In this document: in pieces, positions 14,340 through 29,594 of the stretch
Numbering within the stretch: the first letter of the stretch is position 1
Layout of the letters: each line of letters opens with the position of its first letter
Assembly (NCBI RefSeq): GCF_009914755.1
Contig: NC_060936.1
Direction: 5' to 3' (one strand)
Source of the DNA: the human T2T-CHM13v2.0 reference genome, Homo sapiens
Length of the DNA: 64,000 nt
Translations under genes and position numbers: made by a program
Notes under the pieces: generated by a model
Database searches by the model: none
What the model was told of the DNA's origin: nothing
The model's input: the letters and a program-made list of their open reading frames with translations, nothing else

Positions 14340-15780
14340 GGCTCTAAGGACAATAATACATCCTTATCTATGCTCTGGTTCCTCTCCTACCTTTCTCATT
14401 TGAGCATCTTCTTCCTCTCCTATCCTTTCTACCTTTCTGTTTCTGCTATTTTGGCTCTTCCCTTTCAGCTTTTAAAATTATTTGTCTCTCTCATCTTGAA
14501 AAACGAAACAAAACAAAACAAAACCAGAAAGAGCTTTTGTCGATCTAATGCCTCTTGCAGCTATCACACTAGCATTCTACACCCTTTACAGTCAAACTTC
14601 ATGAAATGTCTGTCTACACTAACTGCCCTCCTTTTCTCATTTCTGCATTTTCCAACTCACTATATTCCGTTCCTTACAGTGCCGCACTGAACTGAACTGG
14701 CCACTTCCCAGTGCTTATTGGACTTATTCCTTTAGTAGCATTTAACACTGTTGGCCACTCACTCTTTCTTGAAACATCCCTTTCTGTTGGCTTCATGATC
14801 CAGCATTTTCTTCCATCTTCTTTTCCTTCCCCTCTGAATGCTCCCTGCCTTCTTCCCTAGGAAGCTTCTTTCCTCTACCTGTCTCTTAGGCACTGGTGTC
14901 ACTTAGGGACACCCTACCTACTCTCCCCAGGTATCTCTTTCACTCCTGGTTTCTATCATCTCCCTTCCAGACCTACTTAAAGCATGGAATAGAAGTACTA
15001 TTGAAATCTTCACCCAGATGCCTTCTAACACCTCACCTTCAAAATGGTACAAACTCACATCAACTCTTCCAAAATTCCATTTTTTTTCTTATTTTCCAAT
15101 TTCAGTGAATGGTGCTCTCATCCTTCCACTTGTCCGGGCCAACTAGAAACACAAGTGTCATTTATAACCTCTCCCTCATTCTTACTGTGCTGTCAAATCA
15201 CAAGATTCTTTCATTTAAACATTTAAAATATTTTTTATTTCTGTCCCCACTGGCTCTGCCCTAGCACGGGCCCACATCACCTTTCACCTTTATTCCTGAG
15301 ACATTCTCCCAAGTGTCCTGCCCACCTTCATGCTTGCAGGTTTTCAGCTCATTCCCATACACAGCCAGTTTGATCTTTCCATAATGCAAATATGATCACA
15401 TCCCTTTTGACTTAAAGTCTTCCATTTCTCTTTTCATTAAATCAGAATGCTGTAGCATCTCATGAAATTTTACAAAAGTCTCATACATTTCTACCATGCC
15501 TCTCATTCTCTGTGCTTCAGACATGCTCATCCTCAGTGCCTGGCTCTGCTGCCACTTCCTCCAGAATGTCTTGTTGGCCAGAGGCTGAATTCAGAGTTCT
15601 TATTGTGTTTTTCCATAGCATACCATCAACACGTTTTTTTAGCACATTGTAACTGAATTTTTATTCATAAATTAGCTGAAGATCCTTGAGTGCACAGGGC
15701 ACATTTACCTCGCTCATCATTATATTCCAAGATTATTTTCTGGCATATACTAGATACTGATTTAATATTTATAATACAAA
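14340..15780 (+). mobile_element. L2 fragment
   Basis: L2 motifs (gcatttaacactgttggccactc...cttgaaaca; atgcaaatatgatcacatc) and a 3' end near 15760. Confidence 0.7.
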
Positions 15781-16594
15781 AAGACTACCTAAATTATTTG
15801 ACATAGGCCCTACTATTAAATAAAATGTCAGAATTCAGTGATTATATAAAATGTTCAAGGTAGTCCTCCAATAAATATTATTTCTTTTCCCTTTCTCATT
15901 TGTTTCCTAGGAAAATTTACTTAGGATATGGAATGAGTGAACATAGTCTTAAAGTGATTTCAATTTTTACACAAAAACCTATTGCTATTTAGTGCTGTTA
16001 GAAGTATAGAACTTTATGGCGACAATAATCTTATATATAGTGTAATGTCCCATAAAACTATTGGAATCATATTTCTAGAATAAATTAAAGTGAAGTTTAT
16101 TGAGAATGAACAGAATATACTAGTCATGGTAGCCATTCCATAGAAAGACACTTGGGTTTGCTCTTGGATTTCCCAGTTGGAAATTCAATTATCAGATGAC
16201 TTCACAAAAGAAAATAATAAGGTTTGTTAGCAATGATAAAAATATCTCATGGATGGATGCATTTATGCTGTTTGCTAAACACATGAGTACACATGTACAG
16301 TCAATTAGTATTTACTGAGAACCAGAGACCCAGTGTCAGATAGTGCATCTATACAAACCATAGCAAAGGGTATAGAAAAAGGCTGTTGTAAATAATACTT
16401 TTCTTCTTTTTTCCTGCTTTAACATTTTTAAATTGATGACAAAAGGATGCATATCTAATACAAAAGATTAACATTTTAAAAAGCCCTTTTTAATTATTTT
16501 ATTTGATCCTTATAACCCAGAAAGGATTGAGCAGATATTTCACTTTATGAAGAAACTGAGGGAAAGTATTCACTTCTTTATATTTTTCTTTCTA

Positions 16595-16717
16595 CTGAGC
16601 ATGTCCTATGTACTACAGAGCTTTGTACACCTGAGACGTGTGAGACCCTTCCTTGATTGTTTATGTTATAGAGCTCTTGGGGGGTGGTGGGGAGGGGAGA
16701 GAGGGGCAGAGAGAGTA

Positions 16718-16750
<33 letters not shown>

Positions 16751-17254
16751 AAACATACATATACAGCGCTCTTGGGAAACAGAGCATCCTAAGGTTACTC
16801 ACTGACTCCCTTTCTAGTTTTCCAGTTTTTATCTGAATATGTCCAGCTACATTTTCATGCCACAAGGCTCTGTACATCTTTATATACTCCTTCACTGACT
16901 CCATACTCTCCAGGCTAGGTATGGTTAATATACCTCTAGGTATATTAACAGTGTGGTGCTAGGATGGAGAAACAGTGTGGTGCTGGGATGGAGGTCAAAC
17001 CGTGAGTCCCTGTCTGGTCACTGCCTTCATAGGTGTCGAGAAGCAGTTGAAGTATTAGTGAAATATTTCTGATCCCTGGATCAAAGCTCTAGCTTCATAT
17101 TCATGCACGTAATGTTGCCAGTAGCAGTCTCCTCATTACAGCTCCTCTAGCCCTTTTAATGATTATAGAGGTGTTTAATTCCTGTATTAAGTCCCTTTCT
17201 GTTTAAAATACCTATAGAGGTTTCTGTTTCCTCTACAGAACTATGAATCATACA
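16595..17254 (+). mobile_element. ERVL-type solo LTR (LTR41/LTR52-like) containing a (GA)n tract
   Basis: 3' end agtccctttctgtttaaaatacctatagaggtttctgtttcc...atcataca typical of ERVL LTRs; 5' boundary uncertain. Confidence 0.5.
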
Positions 17255-18189
17255 TACTCTTTTACTTAAATTAATGTGAAGAATTTTTGTGTTTCCAACC
17301 AAATTTTCCCCGAGATAGAGAAGTTACCAAGAATATACTATACAAACACAGAATTTTCTCAAACTATATTCTAGTGACTAGTTTGGGCTCATGAAGCTTA
17401 TAATATTGAAACCTGGGATTGAATCTAGGTTTTCTGACTTGGGATTCCAAAGTCTTTTGCTTATATCACACTGTCGGTTTTCCAACGTAGTAAGAATATC
17501 ACTTTAGTACTTGGCAAAAAGTAGAAAATCAGTTTATGTTTTTCAAATTTAGTTGAATTTTCAGCATTTCACAGGATATATTTTAAACATCAACACAGGG
17601 ATCACTATATAAAAATAATTTTATTCCTTTTGGAAGCAAGTGAAGAAAATCTATTATATTTGGGAAAGTAGAGTAGAAGTGAGAAGAAAGTAGAGGAATA
17701 AAAATTTAAATATTAAAGATTAATAGTAATTTTTATTACAGTGAAAAATGTGTTTTGTGAAATAATCTAATTTTCAAAGATTTAAAATTCATGGACATGT
17801 CATTGATGAAATTTATTTCTGACTCTTAGTTTTTATTTAGATTCCTTCTTGTATGAGAGTCAAATTGATGAATTATTGAATTCAAATTCAAATTGTTGAA
17901 TTGTTGAACAAAACTTCCATTAATTTAGACCAATATGGCTTACTAGTTAAGATAGGCCTAGTGAGTGTTGCCTGAGGTCACTGCAGTAACCGCTGATCTG
18001 CTAGAATTATTTAGGGTTGCTTCAATGTACCCATTTAACTTACACAATTCCAACTGTATTTTGTTGATATTTTTATGTAAACTGAGAGCCCTAAATATAA
18101 GATCTATGATAAATTTTATATAACACCTCTGTACTGTGTATTATAATTTAATTAAGTCTGTTTAAAGTGACATGACATGGATATGTACA

Positions 18190-18695
18190 AGTAACTGAAT
18201 GAAGAAATGACTGATTTTACCCATAGGAGACAAAGAAGGCATCTGTTCCAAGTTTCAAAAATAAGTAGTGGTGTGCTAGACCTGGAGGGTGGGAGGAAAG
18301 AGGATGCTAGTTAGAAATAATGGAACAGCACTGGTAACAATCATTGTGTACTAGCAAGTGTGACACAAGGAGATCATGTTTGTGTTGCTATAGTGTAAGG
18401 TGCAAGGTATAGAACAGACTGAAGCAAAGTTGTGGGTGTATAGAGGCTATACTTTTATGCTGTAGGTAATAGGTTGCCACAGAAACATTAATGAGTGGAG
18501 TGCCATATTCAGACTTATAGCCAGAAGCAAATCTGGTGGCATAATTAAATATAGGCAAAAAGTTTTAAAAGGTGCTTTGTGCAAAGTGTCTTATTAATGT
18601 TGATGAAAACAATGGATCTGAAAGAAGGGACTAAAATCTGAGAGAAATTTTGAAATAGAATTGACCAAATTTCACAAATAATTAGATGTGGGGGG
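18190..18695 (-). mobile_element. L2 fragment
   Basis: Purine-rich antisense L2 phrases (ctgtaggtaataggttgccac; tagaattgaccaaattt...attagatgtgggg). Confidence 0.5.
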
Positions 18696-19081
18696 CATTC
18701 ACTAATATACTGCTATTAGATCGATTTTTATATCATCAATATCAATCCGAAAATATACCTTAGAATACTGAAACCCATCAAATATTGTTCATCCATTACA
18801 GAGGTGAATATTATTTGAATTCATTGTTTAGTCAGAGTTTTATAATAAAGCCTATGCCACAAAAACCCTTTAAAGTCTAAAGCTTTGCAATGTTTGCTGT
18901 CACTTAATGGATCTGTGTTTGCAAATTTAGCTGGGGAAAAACACACCTATTATTTCCTAGGTATATTGTAACTGCAATTTGAATACCCAGATAAGTTTTT
19001 ACTAGAGAGTGAATGTTAGGCCTGCCTCTGATGGCACTGAATGTATGATTATCTAGCTAAATATTATCAAAATAAATCAAG

Positions 19082-19639
<558 letters not shown>

Positions 19640-19751
19640 TCAATCGTCCGATCAGTCTAGTGTGAGACCTACCGGTTAACAGGCTATATATTGAGGCAGA
19701 CATATTTTCTAATTAGCTTTTCAGTATGGCATCATTAAGGATAAATGGGCA

Positions 19752-20046
19752 GGCCAGTGGTGGTGGCTCACGCCTGTAATTCCACCACTTTGGGAGGCCA
19801 AGGCAGGCAGATCACTTGAGGTCAAGAATTCAAGATCAGCCTGGTCACATGGCAAAACCTCGTATCTACTAAAAATATAAAAATCAGCCAGGCATGGTGG
19901 CGGGCACCTGTAATGCCAACTACTTGGGAGGCTAGGCATGAGAATCGCTTGAACCTGGGTGGCCGAGTTTGCAGTGGCCTGAGATCACCCCACTGCACTA
20001 CAGCCTGGGTAATGGAGTGAAACTCTATCTCAAAATAAATAAATAA
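19752..20046 (+). mobile_element. AluS (AluSz/Sx-like) with a (TAAA)n tail
   Basis: Full dimer; TSD ataaatgggca at 19741-19751 and 20047-20057. Confidence 0.92.
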
Positions 20047-20772
20047 ATAAATGGGCAAAGATCACCTATTATTTGAGGAAAAACTCTGATATTATAAAAG
20101 GAGACTCAACACAGTAAGAGTGAACTCAGAAAAAAACATTTAAAATGTATGAAACTTAAGCAAATTTCAGAGAAACTATAATCATGACATTCAGAAAGAT
20201 TGTATAAGATATAATAATTATACAAGAAAGTATCTAAATTGTAAAATTTCAAACCACTAGCCATAAAGATACTAAGCCTTTCCTCCCCACCCCACCCCCC
20301 CCAAAAATATACAGGTAACCCACAAAGGATTAAAAATAAGCCTGACATCACCTTTTTCCCACATTGGAAGCTACAAAACAATGGCACAATGGTTTTAATT
20401 ATAAGTAAAATTTTACTCATCTAGAATTCTGTATGCAGCCAAACTCAATCTCCTGTGAGGATAGAATAAAGATATTTTCAGATAATGTCTCAAAAAATTC
20501 TCTCATGTACTTTTTCTCAGAAAACTTCTGAAGGATGTGTTCCACCAAAATAAGGAAGCAAGGAACAAAAAAGATACACTATACAAGACACAGGAGAGGA
20601 GAAAGGCAAGGGGAATTCTCAGGATGACAACTGTTAATTATGCCAAAGGGCAAGTAGAGTGAAAAATAGAACGCAAGGATGGAGCGTTTCAGTATGAGTT
20701 CTTCCAGAAAAAGGAAAGAAAAATGACAGATCATCTGATAGGTTTCATTAGGTGGAGATACTATGTTGTGAG

Positions 20773-21169
20773 TATTAAAAGAAAAATTGTAGACCAATTA
20801 AATGTAACAGAGTTTGAGCAAAGAATGATTTGCAAATGGGGCAGCCTCAGGAACTAGAATAGGTTCAAAGAGGCTCAGTGCCACCACATGGGCAAAAGAG
20901 ACTATGGACAGAAAAAGGAAAGTGACATACAGAAAATGAAAGTGAGGTACAGAAACAGCTGGGTTGGTTACAGCATGGAGTTTACCATTTTTAAAAATGA
21001 TTTGAACAGTTGCCCGCCTTGAATTGACTGAAACTCAGTGATTGGTACAAGAGTAGAGTTTAGCCTGTTTAGACATCCAGTTAGGTTACAGCTCATTGTG
21101 TAGGGAGAAACCTTTAGGCTGAACTTAAAATACATAAGGAGGCAACTTTAGGCTAAACTTAATTTAACA
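20773..21169 (-). mobile_element. MER57 (MER57B-like) ERV1 solo LTR
   Basis: Reverse complement starts TGTTAAATTAAGTTTAGCCTAAAGTTGCCTCCTTA; ~400 bp; 4-bp TSD tgag/agag. Confidence 0.85.
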
Positions 21170-21308
21170 AGAGGCATTTACACAGTTATTATATGGTGTG
21201 AAAAAACATAGCTGTAAGTTCAAATAAAACCAAGCAAATTTTAAAAATTAGGCAATTTTAACTCTAGCAAAAACAAAACATTGTTCAAGTAAGAAAACGA
21301 AATACTCG

Positions 21309-21681
<373 letters not shown>

Positions 21682-21704
21682 TTATTAAAGTCCAGAAGGT
21701 AATT

Positions 21705-22080
21705 TTAAGGGTTTATTATTAAGGAAAATGTCAAACACACAAAGTTAGAAAGAATAGTGTATAATTACTTTACACTCAACTTCAACAATTCTAAACCCCT
21801 TTAAAATGATCACTCCTTTAAAAAATGACCACATTCCCATAATTCTAGTCCCCAAAGCAACAATAATATCATTAGCTATCATTTAATGTTCAAATTTCTT
21901 CAATATTCTTGTGAATGTTGAATCAAGATTTAAAAAGCTATTCATTGCAATGCATTAACATGTCTTTTAACATTTTCTTAACTCCACAGGTTTCCCTTCC
22001 ATTTCTTTTTTTTGTTTGTTTTCTAAACATTTTTTTTTTTAAATAGAAAACATTATTTCTCCTGTTGGGTTCTCGGAGTT
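21705..22080 (-). mobile_element. Old L1 (L1MC/ME) 3' fragment, resuming near 25227-25270
   Basis: Antisense L1 3'UTR phrases; contiguous across the L1PA15/16 insertion. Confidence 0.45.
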
Positions 22081-23170
22081 TTACTGCTTAAATAAATCAG
22101 AGATGACACAAACAAATGAAAAAACATTCCATGCTCATGGATAGGAAGAATCAGTATCATTAAAATGGCCATATTACCCAAAGCAGTTAACATAGTCAGT
22201 TATTCCTGTTAAACTACCACTCACATTCTTCACAGAATTAGGAACAACTATTTAAAAATTTACACAGAACCAAAAAAGAGCCCCAATAGCCAAGGCAATT
22301 CTAAACAAAAAGAGCAAAGCTGGAGGGCTGGAGGCATCACGTTACCCAACTTCAAATTATACTGCAGGGCTACAGGAACCAAACAGCATGGCACTGGTAC
22401 AAAAACAGACACATAGACTGATGGAATAGAATACAGAGCCCAGAAATAATGCTACACAACTATAACTACTATCTAATGTTCAACAAAGCTGACAAAAACA
22501 AGCAATGAGGAAAGGACTCCCTATTTAATAAATGGTGCTGGGATAACTGGCTAGCCATATGCAGAAGATTGAAACTGGACCTCTACCTTAAACCACAAAC
22601 AAAAATCAGCTCAAGATGGATTAAAGACTTAAATGTGAAACCTAAAACTATAAAAACCCTGGCAAATAATCTAGGAGATACTCTTCTGGACATAGGACTT
22701 GGCAAAGATTTCATGATGAAGACCCCAAAAGCAATTGTAACAAAACCAAAAATTGACAAATGGGATCTAATTAAACTAAAGAGCTTCTGTACAGCAAAAG
22801 AAACTTTGAGTAAATAGACATCCTACAGAATGGGAGAAAATATTTGCAAACATGCATCTGACAAAGGTCTAATATCCAGAATGTATAAGGAACTCAAACA
22901 AATTTACAAACAAAAATCAATCAGCCCTATTAAAAAGGAGGCAAGGGACATAAGCAGACACTTTTCAGAAGAAGACATGATACAGCAAACAAGCATATGA
23001 AAAACTTCTCAACATTACTCATCATTAGAGAAATGCAAATCAAAATCACAAAGAGATGTCATTGCACACCAATCAGAGTGGTTATTACTAAAAGGTCAAA
23101 AAGTAAAAGATGCTGGTGAGGTTGTGGAGAAACACTTATACACTGCTGGTGGGAGTGTAAATTAGTTCAG

Positions 23171-24226
23171 TGTTGCGGGAAGTCAGGGACCCCAAATGGA
23201 GGGACCTGCTGGAGCCAAGGCAGAAGAACACAAATTGTGAAGATTTCATGGACATTTATCAGTTCCCCAAATTAATACTTTTATAATTTCTTACACCTGT
23301 CTTTACTGCAATCTCTGAACATAAATTGTGAAGATTTCATGGACATTTATCACTTCCCTTATAATACTCTTATAATTTCTTATGCCTGTCTTTACTTTAA
23401 TCTCTTAATCACATTATCTCATAAGCTGAGAATGTACATCACTTCAGGACCACTATTGTACAAGTTGATTGTAAAACATGTGTGTTTGAACAATATGAAA
23501 TTAGTGCACCTTAAAAAAGAACAGAATAGCAGTGATTTTCAGGGAACAAGGGAAGATAACCATAAGGTTTGACTGCCTGCGAGGTTGGGCAGAATAAAGC
23601 CATATTTTTCTTCTTGCAGAAAGCGTATAAACAGATGTGTGAGTAGGAGAGATATCGTTGAATTCTTTTCCCAGCAAGAAATAACCCTGGGGAAGGAATG
23701 CATTCCTGCGGGGAGGTCTATAGATGGCCACTCTGGGAGTGTCCGTCTTACGCGGTTGAGATAAGGACTGAAATACGCCCTGGTCTCCTGCAGTACCCTC
23801 AGGCTTACTACGATTGGGAAATTCCAGCCTGGTAAATTCTAGTCAGACTGCTTTTCTGCTCTCGAACCCTATTTCCTGTTAAGGTGTTTATAAAGACAAT
23901 ATGTGCACAGTGGGACATAGACCCTCAACGATAATTCTAATTTTGCCTTTGCCTTGCGATCTTAATTGCCCTTTGAAGCATGTGATCCTTGTGACCTACT
24001 CCCTGTTTGTACACCCCCTCCCCTTTTAAAATCCCTAATAAAAACTTGCTGGTTTTGTGGTTCAAGGTTGTCATCACAGTCCTACCAATATATGATGTCA
24101 CCCCCAGAGACCCAGCTGTAAAATTTCTCTCTTTGTACTTTTTCTCTTTATTTCTCACGCTGGCTGACACTTAGGGAAAATAGAAAAGAACCTATGTTGA
24201 AATATTGGGGGCTGGTTCCCCCGATA
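23171..24226 (+). mobile_element. MER11 (MER11B/C) solo LTR of HERV-K11/HML-8
   Basis: Starts tgttgcgggaagtcagggacccc, ends ggctggttcccccgata; internal repeat aaattgtgaagatttcatggacatttatca; 6-bp TSD gttcag/gtttgg. Confidence 0.93.
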
Positions 24227-24320
24227 GTTTGGCCCTTGTGGAAAGCAGAGTAGCAATTCCTCAAAGAACTTAAAACAGAATTACCATTCAACCCTGCAAT
24301 ATTATTATTGGGTACATGCC

Positions 24321-24682
24321 TGATACAGTTTGGCTCTGTGTCCCCACCCAAATCTCATTTTGAATTGTAATCCCCATGTGTTGAGGGAAAGGTGATTGGA
24401 TCATGGGGTTGGCTTACTCCATGCTGTTCTCATGATAGTGAGTGAGTGAATTCTCATCAGATCTGATGGTTTTGTAAGCATCTGGCTTTTCCCCTGCTTG
24501 CACTTCTCTCTCCTGCCACCATGTGAGGAAGGTGCTTGCTTCCACTTCACCTTCCACTATGATTGCAAGTTTCCTGAGGCCTCCCCAGCCATGTGGAACT
24601 TTGAGTCAATTAAAACTCTCTCCTTTATAAATTATCCAGTCTCTTGCATTTCTTTATAGCAATGTGAAAATGGACTAATACA
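24321..24682 (+). mobile_element. THE1D MaLR solo LTR
   Basis: tgatacagtttggctctgtgtccccacccaaatctc...ggactaataca; 5-bp TSD atgcc/atacc. Confidence 0.9.
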
Positions 24683-26039
24683 ATACCCAAAGGAATATAA
24701 ATCACTGTATTATAAAGACACATGAACATATATGTTCATCACAGTACTATTCACAATAGCAAAGACATGGAATCATCCTAAATGCCCATCAACAGTAGAC
24801 TGGATAAAGAAAATGTGGTACATATATACCATGGAATACTATGCAGCCATAAAAAAGAATGAGATCATATCTTTCGCAGGAACATGGATGGAGCTGGGGG
24901 CCACTAACCTTAAAAAACTAATGCAGGAACAGAAAAGCAAGTACTGCAGGTTCCTACTTATAGGTGGAGCTAAACAATGAGAACATATGGACACAAAGAG
25001 GGGAATAACAGACACTGGCACCTATTTGAGGATGGAGTGTGAGAGGAAGAAAATGTTCAGAAAAAAATACCTAGTGGGTACTATGCTTATTACCTGGATG
25101 ATGAAATGATTTGTACAAAAAACCCCTATGACATGCAGTTTACCTATAGAACAATATTGCACATGTACTCCTGAACCTAAAATAAAAGTTAAAAATAAAA
25201 ACTATTTTGTGAAACTCTAAAAAAAAGTTTCTCAGAGTTTGAATTTGCTGATTGCATCCGATGGCATTCTTGAACATAACTGAAATACATCAAAGACAAT
25301 TAAGTCTATGCATTCATGATGATAACACAAAATACTTTATTATTACCTTTGGAGGAAAAAAAGGAAATCAACTAGCTAAATTGAAGGCTGGCAAATGCAG
25401 GGAAATAATTAGCATTTATCTTGAATTTTCAATTCAAACTATACCTTAGAAAAACAAAGCAAAACAGTTTATGAGGGTAAGTTTATCTTTATAAATGTGT
25501 TTGAGCTAATAAATGAAGAAATGAGATAATTAGAATATTACCATTTTGCAATCGTTTATGAATTAATGGTTTCTAACATACCAAAAAGAGAGCCAACCAG
25601 AATTATGTACTTCCTGGTAGAAGTACCTACAAAGTAATCTTTCTATTTTTAAAAAGTCAAACTTGAATCTGATTGAGCCTTTAAAATGAACTTATAAATA
25701 CCTATGGTAATATACAAAGCACACAAAGTAGACTAAAATTTTAATTCGCAAAATATGACAAAAATCATGTATGGAGAATAGAGAAAACATATGAAAGAAT
25801 GAAAAGTCCTCAACTTCTCTGATTAAAGGCCATAGATATCAAACTACAAACCATGACTCATTTATCATTTAGAAGCATTGAGAGAAACATTATCCACTAA
25901 ATGAGTTTAAAGAGCTTGCCCATGTGATGAGGTAAAGCATGAAGAGCTAAGAGTATTGGGGAGTTTTTGTTTGTTTTTTGTTTCTGTTATTTGGCTTTAT
26001 AGCACTATTTTTTTTTGGAGCATGTATTACTTGAAAACA

Positions 26040-27528
26040 TTTTTTCTTTATTTTTGATTTTACGGGTACATAATAGTTGTCCATACTGTGGGGTACATGT
26101 GATATTTTGAAACAAGCATACAATGTGTAATTACCAAATCTGGGTAATTGGGATATCCATCACCTCAAACATTTATCATTGCTTTGTGTTGGAAACATTC
26201 CAAATCTTCTTTTAGCTATTTTGAAATATACAAATAAATTATTGCTTACTATAGTCGTGCTATTGAACACTGGATCTTATTTCTTCTACCTAATTGTGGT
26301 TTTGTACCCATTAACCAAGTCTTTCCATCTCTTCCTCTCCACTACCCTTCCCAGCCTCTGGTAATGAACATTCTACTCACTACCTCTGTGAGATCGTGTA
26401 TTTTAGCTCCAACATATGAGTGCAAACATGATCATTGTCTGTGACTGGCTTATTCTACTTAATAAAATGTCTTCCACTTCCATTCATGTTGTAAGTATCA
26501 GGACTTAATTCTTTTTTATGGCTGAATAATATTTCATTGTGTATATATGCCATATTTATTTTCTTTATTCATATATCCACTGATGAACACTTAGGTTGAT
26601 TGCATGTCTTGGCTATCATAAATAATGCTGCAATAAACATGGGAGTGCAGAAATCTCTTCAATATACTGTTTTTCTTTCTTTGGAATAAGTCCCAGTAGT
26701 GGAATTTCTGGATCATATGGTAGTCCTATTTTTAATCTTTTGAGGAACCTCCATACTGTTTTCCAAAGTGGCTGTACTAATTTACATTTTCATCAACATT
26801 GATGAACATTCCCCTTTCTATACATTTTTGCCAAATTTTGTTTTTTGTTTGTTTGTTTACTTGATAGTAGCTCTTTTAATTGTGGTGAGGCGATATCTTG
26901 TTATAATTTTTATTTGCATATTACTAATGAGTAGTGATGTTGAGCATTTTTTCATATACCTGTTGGTCATTTGTATGTCTTATTTTGAAAAATGTCTATT
27001 CAGATCTTTTGCCTATTTTTAAAATCAAATTGTTTTTCTGCTGTTGAGTTGTTTGAGATCCTCAAATATTCTGGTTATTCTCTTGTCAGATGAATAGTTT
27101 GCAAATATTTTCTCCCATTCTGTAGCTTGTCTCTTCACTTTGTTTATTTTTTCCTTTTGCTGTGCAGAAGCTTTTTAGCTTGATGTAATCCCATTTGTCC
27201 ATTTCTGCTTTGGTTGCTTGTGCTTTGAGTTCTTACTCAAGAAATCTTTGCCCAGGACAGTGACCTGAAGCATTTCTCCAATGTTTTCTTCTAGTAGTTT
27301 TATAGTTTCAGGTCTTACATTTAAGTCTTTAATACATTTGATTTTTTTTTATAAGTGAGAGAGTGGGGACTAGTTTTATTTTTCTGCATATGGATATCGA
27401 GTTTTCCCAGCACTATTTATTGAAGAGACACAGGATAGAGAACTCAGAAATAAATCCATGCATTTACAGCCAACTTATTTTCAACAAATGTGCCAAGAAC
27501 GTTGGGAAAATGCAGTCTCTTCAATACA
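26040..27528 (-). mobile_element. L1MA4/4A-like 5'-truncated LINE-1 with a 5' inversion (27430-27528 on +)
   Basis: L1MA4-type 3'UTR; antisense ORF2 to 27429, then sense ORF2; TSD core tgaaaaca at 26032-26039 and 27529-27536. Confidence 0.85.
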
Positions 27529-28061
27529 TGAAAACAAATTAAAATTTTTTAAAAAATCTAAATTGCATGTCTTCTCTCAACTGAGTCAACAGCTATTACT
27601 TACTATTTATTCTACATAGATTTTATATGTATTGTTGTTGTTATTTGATAGAAATACTCTTTATGTTTTTGGACGTTTCCAACCATTTGCCTGTAGGGAA
27701 ATTCATCTCCCCACGGTGTTCTATCACTCAGCAGCCCCCTTCACTATCAAGAGTGTGTTGGCTTGGACAATGAATTTTAGAACCATTCTATAAATAGCTA
27801 CCACATTTTTTGCAACTTGAAAATTTTCCAAACTTCTCCATCCCTCAGACATTTCAGACATTTCAGAAAAGAATTGAAAGAAAGCTCTTGACCATCAGTT
27901 ATTGGAGAGAGTTCATAAGTTATTGAAGAGAAGGTATCTCCATTAAGCTTTTAACTCAAACTGATTAGCATGGAGGTGGTAGAGTGAGAAGGTTTCTCTA
28001 AGCAAAGGTCATATTTCCTATCTGATCTTCCCAAGCTAGCAGAAAAGCAAACTGGTCATGA

Positions 28062-28479
<418 letters not shown>

Positions 28480-28587
28480 TTCAATTGACTTTTGAATCTC
28501 AGAATTACAGTAAACATTTATCTACATAAAGCCGAAATGAATACTCACTTAATAACAAAGCAACTAACAACTCCCTTCATTTTTCTT

Positions 28588-28874
<287 letters not shown>

Positions 28875-29594
28875 ACCATTTTTCTTACAGTGATTCCCCT
28901 TTTTCCTTTCTAAGCTATAAGACAATAGAACAGTCCCTTTTACTCCCCTAAAAATAGACAATTCTATCAAATAAGAACATGTATAAAAGGTCTTCTGAAA
29001 CTTGGGAGGCTGTAGAGAAATGTTATTATTTCTTTATTCTAGAAATGTTATTATTGTATTATTTCTTCTCAAGCATGTATAGTAGATGAGAAGAGAAAAG
29101 GCTGATAATTCATTATACATGTGCCATGACCTACACCAAAGGGTTGTAGAAAATTCAGGGAAATCTGTGTACTGAAACATTTATTAAAGATTAGACAATA
29201 TTTAATCATTTGCTGATATTAATTTTATATTACTTATATAATTTTATATTTTTGATATATTTGAAAAAAACAGTAGAAAAAGATCATTGTCCAAAATTGG
29301 GAAAGAAAATATATGTTAATCATAGGCAATATCATAAATTAATGAGTTAACTTAGTGGAAGTTTGATAAACAGCAGGGTTTTTAGTAGACTATGATTTCT
29401 AGAGCATTATTATGATCAAATAGTCAATAATAGTAGTGATAAATAGATGGAATGCTTTTACTTGAGTTTCTCTCTTTCTCCCCTCACCCCCACCTGTCTT
29501 TATCTCTACCGCCACTCCTTTTGTTGTCATCATGCATATTTCAATTTATTTTTATATACTTGGTTTCTACTTACCAGTCACTTAAGAAGCTGAG

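Larger units (their letters stand above)
22083..25226 (+). mobile_element. 5'-truncated L1PA15/16 with nested MER11 and THE1D
   Basis: ORF2 remnants (22569-22817, 24732-24980); L1PA15/16-type 3'UTR ending cctgaacctaaaataaaagttaaaaa. Confidence 0.88.

Noticed and set aside
23230-23400. Direct repeats resembling a CRISPR array
   Set aside because: Only two copies, and they are the internal repeat of the MER11 LTR
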